This document shows, one piece after another, positions 39,705 to 51,180 of a stretch of 64,000 bases of DNA. A model generated the notes under the pieces. It saw nothing but the letters and a program-made list of their open reading frames with translations. It ran no database searches and was not told where the DNA came from. Source of the stretch: an uncultured Pseudoflavonifractor sp. GTDB taxonomy: Bacteria; Bacillota; Clostridia; Oscillospirales; Oscillospiraceae. Where the stretch lies: assembly GCF_904419835.1 (NCBI RefSeq), contig NZ_CAJFTA010000003.1. One strand, 5' to 3'. The stretch's first letter is position 1. Each line of letters opens with the position of its first letter. A program made the translations under genes and the position numbers.

Positions 39705-42113
39705 TTACTGCCTGATGCGGACATCGCCGTCCGTGTGTCGGGGCTCCGTCAGCGGAGCCGCCGGAGCCGTTGTTTCCCCGCCCGCGCAGTCCTGACACAG
39801 CGCCTCAGCCAGAGCCTGGTCCGCCTCCTCGATGGGGACAAAGTGCAGCGCGGAACGGACAGTCTGGTCGATCTCCTCCAGGTCCTTCACATTGTCCGCC
39901 GGAATCAGCACCGTGCGGATGCCATTGCGCAGTGCGGCCATGGTCTTTTCCTTCAGGCCGCCGATGGCCAGGGCTCTGCCCCGTAACGTAATTTCGCCTG
40001 TCATCGCCACATCCTGCCGGACCGGCGTACCGGTCAGGGCGGAGACCATGGCCACAGTGATGGCAATGCCTGCGGAGGGTCCGTCCTTGGGCACCGCGCC
40101 CTCGGGGAAATGGACGTGGATATCCCGCGTCTTATAAAAATCCGGCTCAATACCCAGCCGGGCCGCCCGGCTGCGGATATAGGTGAGGGCCGCATGGGCC
40201 GACTCCTTCATCACATCGCCCAGGTTGCCGGTCAGTTCAATCTTGCCGCTGCCGGGCACCACATTGGCCTCCACCTCCAGCAGCTCACCCCCCACCTGGG
40301 TCCAGGCCAGGCCGTTGACCACGCCCACCAGGGCCTGCACGGGACGCTTCTCCGGCTGATAACGGCGCACACCCAGCATATCCTCCAAGCTGTCGCCTGT
40401 AACGCTTATAGACTTTACATCATCTGTCACAACACGCATTGCCGCCTTCCGGCACACAGCGGCCAACTGCCGCTCCAGCACACGGACGCCGGACTCCCGG
40501 GTGTACCCGGAGATAATCTCCCGGATGGCGTCATCCGTGATGCGCAGCTGGCTGCGCTTCAGGCCGTGGCGCTTGAGCTCCTTGGGCAGCAGGTGCCGCT
40601 TGGCAATCTGCAGCTTTTCCTCATCGGTATAGCTGGTCAGCTCGATGACCTCCATCCGATCCAGCAGGGGCCTTGGGATGGTGTCCGTGGTGTTGGCGGT
40701 GGTGATGAAGAGCACGTCGGACAGGTCAAAGGGCAGCTCCAGAAAGTTGTCCCGGAAGGTGCTGTTCTGCTCCCCGTCCAACACCTCCAGCAGCGCCGAG
40801 GAGGGATCACCGTGGATATCGGAGGCCAGCTTGTCTATCTCGTCCAACAGCAGTAAAGGATTATTACTTCCCGCCTGTTTGATGGCCGAGATGATGCGTC
40901 CGGGCATTGCGCCCACATATGTCTTGCGATGGCCGCGGATTTCCGCCTCATCGTGGACGCCGCCCAGGGAGATACGGGAGAGCTTCCGGTTGGTCGCTCT
41001 GGCCACGGACATGGCGATGGAGGTCTTGCCCACGCCCGGCGGGCCCACCAGGCAGAGCACCTGCCCCTTCAGCTCAGGGGCCAGCTGCTTGACGGCCAGG
41101 AACTCCAGGATCCGCTCCTTCACCTTTTCCAGCCCGAAATGGTCTCCGTCCAGCACTTTCCGTGCGGCGGCCACGTCCACCCGCTCTCTGGTCTTCTTGT
41201 TCCAGGGCAGCTCCAGACACACGTCCAGGTAATTGCGCAGCACGGTGGCCTCGGCGGAGCCAAAGGGCTGCTTCTCCAGCCGTCCCAATTCTTTGGTCAG
41301 CTTCTCCTCCACCTCGGCAGGCAGCTTGGCACGGGCGATCTTCTGCCGGTACTCCTCTATCTCGCTGTCGCTGTCAGCGTCCTCACCCAGCTCCTGGCGG
41401 ATGACCTTCAGCTGCTCCCGCAGCACAAAGTCCCGCTGGCTCCGGCTCAGGCCCTCCCGCACCTTGTTCTGCATGGACTGCTCCAGCTCCAGGATCTCCA
41501 CCTCCCGGCGGAGCATCTGCTGGAGCTTTTCCAGCCGGCGGACAGGGCGGAGCTCCTCCAGGATGATCTGCTTGTCCTCACCGCGCATGACAATGTTCTG
41601 GGCGATATAGTCGGCAATATAGCCGGGGTCATCGCTGGCCATCACGCTCAGGAGCACATCCGGCGTCATTCTGGGGGCCAGCTCCGTATAGGACTCAAAC
41701 AGATCATAGGTCTGGCGGATCAGGGCCTCGGTTCTGGCGGAGTTCTTTACCGGCTCTCCCGCCTCAATCTCCCCCACCTGCGCCTGGAGGTAGGGCGCGG
41801 TCTGGGTCAGGGCCTCCAGGCGGCCCCGGGCCACGCCCTCCACCATAACGCGCACATTGTCCCCCGGCAGGCGCAGAATCTGCCGCACCGTGGACACAGT
41901 GCCGATGGTGTACAGATCCTCCAGCCGGGGATTCTCCACCATCAGATCCCGCTGGGCCACCAGAAAGATGGGCTGGCTGCTGGTCATTGCCTCATCCAGC
42001 GCCTTGATGGACGCCTCCCGGCCCACGTCAAAGTGCAGGAGCATGTTGGGGAAAATGGTCAGGCCCCGCAGGGCCAGGGCGGGCATGACGGCGGATATCT
42101 TCTCTTCAGACAT
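39705..42113 (-). CDS. lon: Lon protease
   Basis: GPPGVGKT, DEIDK, PKDGPSAG, IGGLKEK. Confidence 0.97.
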   Translation of the reverse strand: MSEEKISAVMPALALRGLTIFPNMLLHFDVGREASIKALDEAMTSSQPIFLVAQRDLMVENPRLEDLYTIGTVSTVRQILRLPGDNVRVMVEGVARGRLEALTQTAPYLQAQVGEIEAGEPVKNSARTEALIRQTYDLFESYTELAPRMTPDVLLSVMASDDPGYIADYIAQNIVMRGEDKQIILEELRPVRRLEKLQQMLRREVEILELEQSMQNKVREGLSRSQRDFVLREQLKVIRQELGEDADSDSEIEEYRQKIARAKLPAEVEEKLTKELGRLEKQPFGSAEATVLRNYLDVCLELPWNKKTRERVDVAAARKVLDGDHFGLEKVKERILEFLAVKQLAPELKGQVLCLVGPPGVGKTSIAMSVARATNRKLSRISLGGVHDEAEIRGHRKTYVGAMPGRIISAIKQAGSNNPLLLLDEIDKLASDIHGDPSSALLEVLDGEQNSTFRDNFLELPFDLSDVLFITTANTTDTIPRPLLDRMEVIELTSYTDEEKLQIAKRHLLPKELKRHGLKRSQLRITDDAIREIISGYTRESGVRVLERQLAAVCRKAAMRVVTDDVKSISVTGDSLEDMLGVRRYQPEKRPVQALVGVVNGLAWTQVGGELLEVEANVVPGSGKIELTGNLGDVMKESAHAALTYIRSRAARLGIEPDFYKTRDIHVHFPEGAVPKDGPSAGIAITVAMVSALTGTPVRQDVAMTGEITLRGRALAIGGLKEKTMAALRNGIRTVLIPADNVKDLEEIDQTVRSALHFVPIEEADQALAEALCQDCAGGETTAPAAPLTEPRHTDGDVRIRQ

Positions 42114-42224
42114 GGAATTCACTTCCTTCTCAGGGAATGCAAAAGGGGCGGGAGCCATAATCCCCCGCCCCTCAGAATGTTACAGCTGTCTCCCCGTGAG
42201 GACGGGCCGGACGCTTTTTCAGCC

Positions 42225-43541
42225 TCAGGACACGTTGCCCTGGGCCGGCATACCGCCCCGCTCCGCCCGGAGGGCCGCGCCGCCAAGGCGGGGCCGCTCG
42301 GTCCGGCTGGGGTCGCGCTCGATGATGGGCTGCGCGTGATCCCGGATGGTGTCCGCCGTGATGGTCACACCGGTAATGGTGGGGTCGGAGGGCACATCGT
42401 ACATAATCTGGGTTACGCTCTCCTCCAGCACCGCGCGCAGGCCGCGGGCGCCGATCTCCCGCTCAATGGCCTTGTCGGCCGCGGCCTCCAGAGCCTCCGG
42501 CTCAAAGTGCAGGGCCACATTGTCATACTCCAGCAGCTTTTCGTACTGCTTCACCAGAGCGTTCTTAGGCTCGGTGAGAATCTGCACCAGTTGCTCCTTG
42601 CTCAGGGCCCGCAGAGTGGTCACCACAGGCAGACGGCCCACCAGCTCGGGAATGATGCCGAACTTGATGAGGTCGTGGGGCTGGACATCCTTGAGCACGG
42701 CGGAGCGGTCCAGCTCCTTCTTGCTCTTGATCTCCGCGCCGAAGCCCATGGTCTTACGGTCCTGCCGCTGCTCGATGATCTTCTCCAGGCCGTCAAAGGC
42801 GCCGCCGCAGATAAAGAGGATGTTCTTGGTGTTGAGCTGAATAAACTCCTGGTGGGGGTGCTTGCGGCCGCCCTGGGGCGGGACATTGGCCACAGTTCCC
42901 TCCAGGATCTTCAGCAGCGCCTGCTGGACGCCCTCGCCGGACACATCCCGGGTGATGGAGGTGTTTTCGCTCTTGCGGGCGATCTTGTCCATCTCGTCGA
43001 TATAGATGATGCCGCGCTCGGCCAGCTCAATGTCAAAGTCGGCGGCCTGGACCAGGCGCAGAAGGATGTTCTCCACGTCGTCGCCCACGTAGCCGGCCTC
43101 AGTCAGCGTGGTGGCGTCGGCAATGGCGAAGGGCACCTTCAAAATCCGGGCCAGGGTCTGGGCGAACAGGGTCTTGCCGCTGCCGGTGGGCCCCACCAGC
43201 AGGATATTGCTCTTCTGGAGCTCCACGTCCTCCCCGCCGCCGAAGTAGATCCGCTTGTAGTGGTTGTACACCGCCACCGAGAGGGCCACCTTGGCATCCT
43301 CCTGGCCGATGATATACTGGTCCAGCACCTCCCGAATCTCCCGGGGAGTGGGGATGACATCGGGGATATCCGGGCTGAACTGTTCCTCGGGATCATAGGT
43401 GTCGTCCAGAATGCTCATGCACAGATGGACACACTCGTTGCAGATATAGGCACCGGGCCCCGCGATAATACGGGATACCTGCTCCTGATGCTTGCCGCAG
43501 AAAGAGCAGCGAACCGATTTCTTTTCGTCGTTTTTTGCCAT
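42225..43541 (-). CDS. clpX: Clp protease ATPase subunit
   Basis: CSFC..CNEC Zn finger, [18 protein letters not shown] loop. Confidence 0.97.
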   Translation of the reverse strand: MAKNDEKKSVRCSFCGKHQEQVSRIIAGPGAYICNECVHLCMSILDDTYDPEEQFSPDIPDVIPTPREIREVLDQYIIGQEDAKVALSVAVYNHYKRIYFGGGEDVELQKSNILLVGPTGSGKTLFAQTLARILKVPFAIADATTLTEAGYVGDDVENILLRLVQAADFDIELAERGIIYIDEMDKIARKSENTSITRDVSGEGVQQALLKILEGTVANVPPQGGRKHPHQEFIQLNTKNILFICGGAFDGLEKIIEQRQDRKTMGFGAEIKSKKELDRSAVLKDVQPHDLIKFGIIPELVGRLPVVTTLRALSKEQLVQILTEPKNALVKQYEKLLEYDNVALHFEPEALEAAADKAIEREIGARGLRAVLEESVTQIMYDVPSDPTITGVTITADTIRDHAQPIIERDPSRTERPRLGGAALRAERGGMPAQGNVS

Positions 43542-43688
43542 ATCATTACCTCTTGACTCTCTGTTCAATTGCGGCGGCGCCGGGCGGAGCCTGCCCGGTC
43601 CTCAGTTTCGGCGTTCCTTCCGCCGCTGGCCGCCGAAGGAATGCTGGAACAGCGCGGGGGCACAGAATGCTCCCGCGCTGTCTTGGGG

Positions 43689-44270
43689 TTATCTCTGGTA
43701 GATGACCTTGTCAATCAGGCCATACTCGCAGGCTTCCTCCGCGGACATGAAATTGTCGCGCTCGCAGTCGGCCGTGACGACCTCCACCGGCTTGCCGGTG
43801 TTGTCAGCCAGGATCTTGTTCATCCGCTTCTTGATGACCTCCAGGCGCTTGAGGTGGATTGCCATGTCGGTAATCTGGCCCTGTGTGCCGGCAGAGGGCT
43901 GGTGGATCATAATCTCCGCATTGGGGAGGGCCAGCCGCTTGCCCTTGGCGCCGGCGGAGAGCAGAAACGCGCCCATGCTGGCCGCCATGCCGATACAGAT
44001 GGTGGACACGTCGCACTTGACATACTGCATGGTGTCGTAGATGGCCATGCCGTCGGTCACGGAGCCGCCGGGGCTGTTGATATAGAACTGGATGTCCTTG
44101 TCCGGGTCCTGGGCCTCCAGATAGAGCATCTGGGCCACGACCAGGCTGGCGGTGGTGGCGTTGACTTCCTCGCCCAGGAAAATGATGCGGTCATTCAGCA
44201 GGCGGGAAAAGATGTCGTAGGAACGCTCACCGCGGTTGGTCTGCTCCACTACATAAGGTACTAAGCTCAT
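43689..44270 (-). CDS. clpP: Clp protease proteolytic subunit
   Basis: YINSPGG, AASMG, IMIHQP, ERDNFM. Confidence 0.97.
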   Translation of the reverse strand: MSLVPYVVEQTNRGERSYDIFSRLLNDRIIFLGEEVNATTASLVVAQMLYLEAQDPDKDIQFYINSPGGSVTDGMAIYDTMQYVKCDVSTICIGMAASMGAFLLSAGAKGKRLALPNAEIMIHQPSAGTQGQITDMAIHLKRLEVIKKRMNKILADNTGKPVEVVTADCERDNFMSAEEACEYGLIDKVIYQR

Positions 44271-44422
44271 GTTCACGATCTCCTTTGTCGGATGTAGGGA
44301 CACGGGAAAAGGTCTGCTTCCCCGTCCAGCACGTCCGCTCCCATCTCACCCCGGGGCACACACATACCCCTGGCGAAGCGGCGGGCAGTCATACTGCTAA
44401 AGTATACCCGCCGTTTGGAATC

Positions 44423-45823
44423 TTATTCCTCTGTCTTGGGCTCCTCGCCCTCAGCCTTGGGCTCCTCAGCCTCGGCCTTCTTGGCGGCCTTCTTCCGGGG
44501 CGCGGCCTTCTTCTTGGGCTTCTCCTCGCCCTCGCCCTCGGCCTTCTTGGCCTCGCCCGCCTTGCCGTTGCTGTAGACAACCTCGGCGGCCTTCTTGGTC
44601 TTCAGCTCATTGACAAGATCGCTCTCAGCCACGGCGGCCTTCACCTGCTCGACCTTCATGCCGTACTGCTCGGCCAGGCGGCTGTACTCGGCCTCCTTCT
44701 CCTCGTCGGAGATCTCAATGCTCTCAGCGGCGGCGACGGCGTCCAGCGCCAGCTCCACCTGAATCTGATGGAGGGCGCCGTCCTTGGCCTGCTCACGCAT
44801 GGACTCCTTGGTCATGCCCATCATCTGGAGGTAGTTCTCGAAGGGGATGCCCTGGGAGGTAATGCGGCGGGCATAGTCGTCCATCATCTGGTCAGCACGG
44901 TAGTCCACCATGGCGTCGGGGATCTCCACCTCCATGTTGGCCACAACCTGCTCCAGCAGGGCGTTCTCGAAGTCGTCCTGCGCCTGCTTCTCCCGGCGCT
45001 CGGTCAGCTTCTTGCTCAGGTCGGCCTTGAAGTCGGCCAGGGTCTCAAACTCGGACACGTCCTTGGCGAACTCGTCGTCCACGGTGGGGACCTTCTTCTC
45101 CTTGACCTCGTTGATCTTCACGTGGAAGACAACAGGCTTGCCGGCCAGGTCAGCGTGATAGTTCTCGGGGAAGGTGATGTCAATGTCCTTCTCCTCGCCG
45201 GCCTTCATGCCAACCAGCTGGTCCTCGAAGCCGGGGACAAAGGAACCGGAGCCCAGCTCCAGGCTGTGGCCCTCGGCCTTGCCGCCCTCGAAGGGCACGC
45301 CGTTGTCAAAGCCCTCGAAGTCCAGCACCACGGTGTCGCCCAGCTGAGCCTCACGGTCCACAGCCACCAGGCTGGTGGCGCGCTGGATATAGGGCTTGAG
45401 CTCGTTCTCGATGTCCTCGTCGGTGACGCTGACCTCGGCCTTGGGGGCGGTGAGGCCCTTATACTCGCCCAGCTTCACCTCGGGGCGCACGGTGACGACA
45501 GCCTTGAAGGAAAAGCCGTCCTTGCCGGCCTCCAGGACCTCCACGTCGGGCCAGGCCACAACGTCCAGGTTCTCCTGCTCCACAGCCTTGCTGTAGGCCT
45601 CGGGGTAGAGCTCATTGATGGCATCTTCGTAGAACACGCCGGAGCCATACATACCCTCGATGATCTTGCGGGGGGCATGGCCCTTGCGGAAGCCGGGGAC
45701 AGCGATCTTGCCGCGCTGCTTCTTATAGACCTTGTCAATGGCGGCCTCGAACTCCTCGCGGCTCACTTCGATGACGAGCTCAACCTTGCTCTTCTCCTGC
45801 TTCTCTACGCTTTTGACATTCAT
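44423..45823 (-). CDS. tig: trigger factor
   Basis: VPGFRKGHAP, FKBP-like domain FVPGFEDQL. Confidence 0.96.
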   Translation of the reverse strand: MNVKSVEKQEKSKVELVIEVSREEFEAAIDKVYKKQRGKIAVPGFRKGHAPRKIIEGMYGSGVFYEDAINELYPEAYSKAVEQENLDVVAWPDVEVLEAGKDGFSFKAVVTVRPEVKLGEYKGLTAPKAEVSVTDEDIENELKPYIQRATSLVAVDREAQLGDTVVLDFEGFDNGVPFEGGKAEGHSLELGSGSFVPGFEDQLVGMKAGEEKDIDITFPENYHADLAGKPVVFHVKINEVKEKKVPTVDDEFAKDVSEFETLADFKADLSKKLTERREKQAQDDFENALLEQVVANMEVEIPDAMVDYRADQMMDDYARRITSQGIPFENYLQMMGMTKESMREQAKDGALHQIQVELALDAVAAAESIEISDEEKEAEYSRLAEQYGMKVEQVKAAVAESDLVNELKTKKAAEVVYSNGKAGEAKKAEGEGEEKPKKKAAPRKKAAKKAEAEEPKAEGEEPKTEE

Positions 45824-45939
45824 CTTGTTACTTCCTCCTGTCAGCACCGGGACGAAAAAATTGTGCCATCCGGGCGCCTATTTGCGTTATCCGATTTATA
45901 CTACCAGATCTTTTTCTAAATTACCAGTCTTTTTTCGAA

Positions 45940-46629
45940 TTATTCACAGATTCTTTGCGGCTGGAAGTTGAGGTAATCCGCCGACACCAGGTGATACTCC
46001 ACCGCGCCGCACCTTCCCTCAATGGCCAGCCGGTGGCTGCCGCCGTGGAGATGACCGTAATAGCACCGCTGCACGCCATACCGCTCCAGCAGGGCGATAA
46101 TCTCCGGGCAGGTGTACCCCTGGTAGCGGGGCGGGTAGTGGAGAAAGCAGAGCTTCTCCCGCTCCCCAGCCGCCTTCAGGGACGCCTCCAGCCGGATGAG
46201 CTCCCGGTTGAACACCTTCTCATTGTGGCCGTTCTGGTCCTCCTCATAGAACCAGCCCCTTGTGCCGCAGAGGGCAATGTCGCCGTACTCCCCGCAGTTG
46301 TTGTGGAGAATATTCAGGGTGGTAAAGCCATTCTCCGCGAAAAAGTTATTCATCTTGGCGGCCGTGGTCCACCAGTAGTCGTGGTTTCCCTTCAAAATAT
46401 ACTTCTTTTTTCCGGGCAGGGCGTCCAGGAAGGCGAAGTCCTCCCGGGCCTGCTGGAGGCTCATGCCCCAGGAGATGTCCCCGCAGAGCACCACGGTATC
46501 CTCCGGCCCCACCCGCTCAAAGCCCCGTTTCAGCTTCTCCACATACCCTGTCCAATTGCCGCCGAACACGTCCATGGGCTTGTCCACTGCCAAGGACAGG
46601 TGGGTATCTCCGATTGCGTAAAGGGCCAT
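45940..46629 (-). CDS. calcineurin-like metallophosphoesterase
   Basis: GDTH, GDISW, GNHD, HYPP, GHLH. Confidence 0.9.
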   Translation of the reverse strand: MALYAIGDTHLSLAVDKPMDVFGGNWTGYVEKLKRGFERVGPEDTVVLCGDISWGMSLQQAREDFAFLDALPGKKKYILKGNHDYWWTTAAKMNNFFAENGFTTLNILHNNCGEYGDIALCGTRGWFYEEDQNGHNEKVFNRELIRLEASLKAAGEREKLCFLHYPPRYQGYTCPEIIALLERYGVQRCYYGHLHGGSHRLAIEGRCGAVEYHLVSADYLNFQPQRICE

Positions 46630-46653
46630 GCCATACCTCCAGGCAAAATTTCT

Positions 46654-48141
46654 TCAGCGGAGCATGTCCAGGACTGCGTCCACCATGTGGTCCTTGGTGA
46701 CAGTCTTGTCAAACCGCTTGGCCTTGCCGGCCAGTCCGGCCAGGGGCGCGGGGGCCTCCACGCCGGTCTTTTTGGCCAGCTGGGCGATGATGTCGGTGCC
46801 CTCGGCCAGCTCCGTCACGCCGAGAGCGCCCAGGACAGTGTCGCAGAACTTGAAGGGGCTGGCGGTGGACACCACGATAGCGGTGGTGTTGTCCCCGCTC
46901 TCCCTGCGGTACTGCTCCAGCACGTCGTAGGCCACGGCGGTGTGGGGGTCAATGAGGTAGTGGAACTTGTTCCACACCTTGGCGATGACCTTCTGAGTCT
47001 CGGCGTCGTCGCAGAAGCCGGCGGCAAAGAGCTTGTCCAGCTTCTTCTTGATCTCCCCGCTGACCCCATAACGTCCCTCGGCGGCCAGCTGAGCCATGTA
47101 GCCCCGGACCTCCTCGTCGTTGTTGTTGGTCAGCTCAAAGAGCATCCGCTCCAGATTGGAGGAGATGAGGATATCCATGGAGGGAGACATGGTGTTGTAG
47201 AACTGCCGGTTGCGGTCGTACACGCCGGTGTTCAGGAAGTCGGTCAGCACGTTGTTGCTGTTGGACGCGCAGATCAGCTTCTGGATGGGGACTCCCATCT
47301 GTTTGGCGTAATAGGCGGCCAGGATATTGCCGAAGTTGCCGGTGGGCACACAGACGTTCACCGGGTCGCCCAGGGCGATCCTTTCCTCCCGCACCAGGTC
47401 GCAGTAGGCGGAGGCGTAGTAGACAATCTGAGGCAGCACCCGGCCCCAGTTGATGGAGTTGGCGCTGGAGAGGAAATACCCCCGCTCCGCCAGCTCCGCG
47501 CGGAGCTTCCCGTCGGAGAAGAGACGCTTGACGCCGGTCTGGGCATCGTCGAAATTGCCCACCACGGAGCAGACGCCGACGTTTCCTCCCTCCTGGGTGC
47601 ACATCTGCAGCTCCTGAATGGCGGAGACACCGTCCTTGGGGTAGAACACCAGAATCTTGGTGCCGTCCACGTCCCGGAAGCCCTCCAGGGCGCCCTTGCC
47701 GGTGTCGCCGGAGGTGGCCACCAGAATGCAAGCGGTCTTCTTCTCATCGTTCTTCTTCAGGGAGGCGGTCAGCAGGTGGGGCAGCATCTGCAGCGCCATG
47801 TCCTTGAAGGCACAGGTGGGGCCGTGCCACAGCTCCAGGCAGTAAGTATTCTCGTCCACCTTGCGGACAGGGGCCACCTCGCGGACGTCGAACTTGTCCT
47901 TGCTGTAAGCCTTGGCGGCAAAGGATGCCAGCTCAGAGGCAGTAAAGTCGTCCAGATAGGGCTTCATGATGTACACGGCCCGCTGCTGGTAAGACATATC
48001 AGTGAGGGTCTTCAGCCCGTTCTGGGACAGCTTGGGAAACACCTCGGGGGTCAGCAGACCGCCGTCCTCTGCAAGCCCCTGTGCGATGGCCTGAGAAGCG
48101 GCAAGCCGCATCTGCTTGTTTCTTGTGCTCACATAGTACAT
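46654..48141 (-). CDS. thrC: threonine synthase
   Basis: YVSTR, HGPTCAFKD, ATSGDTG, NSINWGR, PTGNFGN, DPHTAV. Confidence 0.95.
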   Translation of the reverse strand: MYYVSTRNKQMRLAASQAIAQGLAEDGGLLTPEVFPKLSQNGLKTLTDMSYQQRAVYIMKPYLDDFTASELASFAAKAYSKDKFDVREVAPVRKVDENTYCLELWHGPTCAFKDMALQMLPHLLTASLKKNDEKKTACILVATSGDTGKGALEGFRDVDGTKILVFYPKDGVSAIQELQMCTQEGGNVGVCSVVGNFDDAQTGVKRLFSDGKLRAELAERGYFLSSANSINWGRVLPQIVYYASAYCDLVREERIALGDPVNVCVPTGNFGNILAAYYAKQMGVPIQKLICASNSNNVLTDFLNTGVYDRNRQFYNTMSPSMDILISSNLERMLFELTNNNDEEVRGYMAQLAAEGRYGVSGEIKKKLDKLFAAGFCDDAETQKVIAKVWNKFHYLIDPHTAVAYDVLEQYRRESGDNTTAIVVSTASPFKFCDTVLGALGVTELAEGTDIIAQLAKKTGVEAPAPLAGLAGKAKRFDKTVTKDHMVDAVLDMLR

Positions 48142-49082
48142 ACTTCACTCACAACCCTCATCAGATTATTGAAGAACACATCGCGCACCAGCGCTTCTGA
48201 ATAATTGCGCCGCAGGAGCCGTTCGTACAGCTCCGCCATATCCTGAATGCCGGACATCCCCCGGGGCATTCTGGATATTCCGTCCCAGTCTCCGCCAATG
48301 GACACATTCTTCTCTCCGCCCAGGGAGAGAAAATGCTCCAGGTGGGAAATCACCGTGTCGCAGTCCGGGTCAGCCCCCAGAAAGTCGGCAAACATGTTCA
48401 GCCCCGCCACACCATGATGTTCTATTATGGCAGTAAATTGCCCGTCGGTCAAGTTTCTTGGGGCAGAAAATACAGCACGGGCATTGGAATGACTGGCAAT
48501 GAAAGGCCCTTTACACAACTCCGCCACGTCCCAAAAACCGGGATCGGACAGGTGGGACACGTCCACCAGCATGCCCAGACGGTTCATCCGGCGGACAAAT
48601 TCCCTTCCCTGCCCGGACAGTCCCCGCTCCTTCTCCTCCGCGTTGGAGCCGGACAGAATATTGGCGTGGTTCCAGGTGATATTTACCGCCCGGACGCCCA
48701 GCCGATATGCCTCCTCCAGGCGCTCCACGTCGCAGTCCAGCAGCTCCGCTCCCTCCACGGAGAGAAAGGCAGCCCGCTTTCCGGCCCGAAAGGCGGCGTC
48801 CGCCTCCTCAGCCGTGCGGCAGTGAACCGCCAGGCCGCTGTTTGCCGCCATCTCCCGCCGAAAAATGGCGTATTCCTTTTGGAACAGCTGCCGCAGCGGC
48901 AGGCCGGGCTGTGTGGCGGCGTCGCCGAAGATGGCGAAAAACTGGGCGTACGGCCCAAAGACCGCCGTCCGCTCCAGGTCCAGGTGGCCCGCGTTTCTGC
49001 GGAAGCCGCCTCCCTGCTCAAGGCAGCGGGAAATGGTGTCGCAGTGGCCGTCAAACAGACATATCCGCTCCGTCGGAATCAC
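48129..49082 (-). CDS. membrane dipeptidase (peptidase M19)
   Basis: DGHCD, DVSH, SHSN, RNLTD, GGDWDG. Confidence 0.9.
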   Translation of the reverse strand: MIPTERICLFDGHCDTISRCLEQGGGFRRNAGHLDLERTAVFGPYAQFFAIFGDAATQPGLPLRQLFQKEYAIFRREMAANSGLAVHCRTAEEADAAFRAGKRAAFLSVEGAELLDCDVERLEEAYRLGVRAVNITWNHANILSGSNAEEKERGLSGQGREFVRRMNRLGMLVDVSHLSDPGFWDVAELCKGPFIASHSNARAVFSAPRNLTDGQFTAIIEHHGVAGLNMFADFLGADPDCDTVISHLEHFLSLGGEKNVSIGGDWDGISRMPRGMSGIQDMAELYERLLRRNYSEALVRDVFFNNLMRVVSEVCTM

Positions 49083-49111
49083 CTCCTCTCCGCCCCGGGT
49101 GGCGGGACGGG

Positions 49112-49471
49112 CTAAAATGCGTTCTCAAGATAGATGATCCGGGGCTGGGCCGTGGCCGTCCCCTGGGGGGCATAGACCTCCGCCACATCAAACCGTGGCT
49201 GGCGCTCCGTGGGGTTCTGGGCCAGATAGAGCTCCGCTGTGGTGCGGATGCGCTCCCGCTTTCCCCGGTCCACAGAGGCCCGGCCGGGGGCAAATCGGTC
49301 GCTTTTGCGGAGCTTGACCTCCACAAAGAGGAGATACGGGCCGTCCTCCGCGATGAGGTCGATCTCCCCAAAGCGGGTCCGATAGCCCGAGGCCACCACG
49401 CGGCAGCCCCGCCGCCGCAGCTCCTCCGCCACCAGGGATTCCCCCCAGCGGCCCAGCAGGCTGGTGTTCAT
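49112..49471 (-). CDS. yraN: YraN family putative endonuclease
   Basis: GRWGE, GEIDLI, FVEVK, RFDV. Confidence 0.92.
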   Translation of the reverse strand: MNTSLLGRWGESLVAEELRRRGCRVVASGYRTRFGEIDLIAEDGPYLLFVEVKLRKSDRFAPGRASVDRGKRERIRTTAELYLAQNPTERQPRFDVAEVYAPQGTATAQPRIIYLENAF

Positions 49472-49510
49472 ACGCCCTCTCTCCCTTTTTATATAAAGCC
49501 ATTTTGCTGT

Positions 49511-50143
49511 TCAGTCATTGCTTTGAGCGAACTCCAGTTTTTTCAGAAAGCTCTTTCTGTGGATGGGACAGGGGCCATACTTCATCAGCAGCTCAAAGTG
49601 CCGCTTTGTACCGTAGCCCTTGTGCCGCTCAAACTCATACTCCGGATATATCCTCGCCATCTCCTCCATATAGCGGTCCCGGCTCACCTTGGCCAGGATA
49701 GAGGCGGCGGCAATGTTGGCGCTCCGGCCGTCCCCCTTGACCACAGTCTCGTGGGCAATGGTGATGCCGTTGTCCCGGTTTCCGTCAATCAGGGCGTAAT
49801 CAGGGGCCGGTTTCAGGGCCTGAATGGCCAACTCCATGGCCTTCATGCGGGCGTTCAGGATGTTGATGGCGTCGATCTCCTTCTCGTCCACCGACGCCAC
49901 CGCCCAGGCCACGGCCTTCTCCTGAATCTCCTCAAAAAGCCGGTCCCGCCGCTTGGGAGTCACCTTTTTGGAGTCGTTCAGCCCCTCCAGAACCAGGCCT
50001 TCGGGGAGGATCACCGCTCCGGCATAGACTGGGCCGGCCAGGGGGCCGGCCCCCGCCTCGTCAGCGCCGCAGATAAGCCGGTATCCCCGCGCCTTACAGG
50101 AGCGCTCTATCTCCCACAGGTCAACCTGCACCGTCTGCTTCAT
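49511..50143 (-). CDS. rnhB: ribonuclease HII
   Basis: DEAG.GPLAGPV, DSKK, IDG, AAASILAKV, HKGYGT. Confidence 0.95.
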   Translation of the reverse strand: MKQTVQVDLWEIERSCKARGYRLICGADEAGAGPLAGPVYAGAVILPEGLVLEGLNDSKKVTPKRRDRLFEEIQEKAVAWAVASVDEKEIDAINILNARMKAMELAIQALKPAPDYALIDGNRDNGITIAHETVVKGDGRSANIAAASILAKVSRDRYMEEMARIYPEYEFERHKGYGTKRHFELLMKYGPCPIHRKSFLKKLEFAQSND

Positions 50144-51027
50144 TCCATCTCCTCCGAAATTGCCTGGGGCTTCTCAAGTGTAAAGCGTCCAAGCTTGCCA
50201 GCCCGGAACTCGTCCAGAAGTACCTTACCCATCCGTTCCGTGTCCGGCTCACCGCCGGAGATGAGGAAGCCCCGCTTCCGGGCCGCCTGCTCCAGGAGGG
50301 CATAGCCGTAGGCAAGGCTCTCTTCTTCTCCCCGCTCCGGCACTACTATTTTGTAGCGCTCCGTCAGTGCGGCGGGGTAGGCGGCGGCCAGCTCCTCCAG
50401 CAGGTGACAGGCCAGGGTCTCGGTGTCCATAATCTCGTCCTTCACCGCGCCGGTAAAGGCCAGGTGGAGGCCGGTCTGGGGGTCCTCAAACTTGGGCCAC
50501 AGGATGCCCGGCGTGTCCAGCAGGTCCAGGCCGGCGTCCACCGCCACCCACTGCTTGCCCCGGGTGACGCCCGGCTTGTCACTGGCCTTGGCCGACTTCC
50601 GGCGGGCCACCTTATTAATAAAGGTGGACTTTCCCACGTTGGGCACGCCCACAATCATGGCGCGGATGGGACGGCCCACCTGTCCCTTGGCCTGCCACTG
50701 CTGGATCTTGTCCTTCAGGACCTCCTTTACCACGGGGGAGAACTGGTTAATTCCCTTTCCCTCCTTGGCGTCGGTCTCCAGCACAGACCAGCCGCGGCTC
50801 CTGAACCAGTCCCCCCACAGGCGGTTGCCCGCAGGGTCGGCCTGGTCGGCCCGGTTGAGCACGATGAGGCGGGGCTTCTCCCCCACCAGGGCATCAATGT
50901 CCGGGTTGCGGCTGGAGACCGGAATCCGGGCGTCAATCACCTCGGCCACAATGTCCACATACTTCAGGTTCTCGGCGATCATCCGCTGGGTCTTTTTCAT
51001 ATGGCCGGGAAACCACTGAATCTCCAT
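50140..51027 (-). CDS. rbgA: ribosome biogenesis GTPase RbgA/YlqF
   Basis: IQWFPGHM, DARIP, PNVGKS, DTPGILWP. Confidence 0.95.
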   Translation of the reverse strand: MEIQWFPGHMKKTQRMIAENLKYVDIVAEVIDARIPVSSRNPDIDALVGEKPRLIVLNRADQADPAGNRLWGDWFRSRGWSVLETDAKEGKGINQFSPVVKEVLKDKIQQWQAKGQVGRPIRAMIVGVPNVGKSTFINKVARRKSAKASDKPGVTRGKQWVAVDAGLDLLDTPGILWPKFEDPQTGLHLAFTGAVKDEIMDTETLACHLLEELAAAYPAALTERYKIVVPERGEEESLAYGYALLEQAARKRGFLISGGEPDTERMGKVLLDEFRAGKLGRFTLEKPQAISEEME

Positions 51028-51180
51028 CTTTTTTCCTCCGTATTTCCGCCGACCGTCAAAGTCAGGCACTAAATGGCGGCCGCAAACTCTGTTCCATCGG
51101 TCCAAGGTTGTTCAGCATGCTCCATTATACACAACTCTGCCGGAAAATGAAACCCTGTCCGGCCTGTTTTGTGGTAATGC

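Noticed and set aside
44271..44422. CtsR or CIRCE operator upstream of clpP-clpX-lon
   Set aside because: No GTCAAA heptad repeats or CIRCE inverted repeat visible.
44423..44570. Repetitive K/E/A-rich tail of trigger factor
   Set aside because: Ordinary low-complexity extension, not a repeat array.
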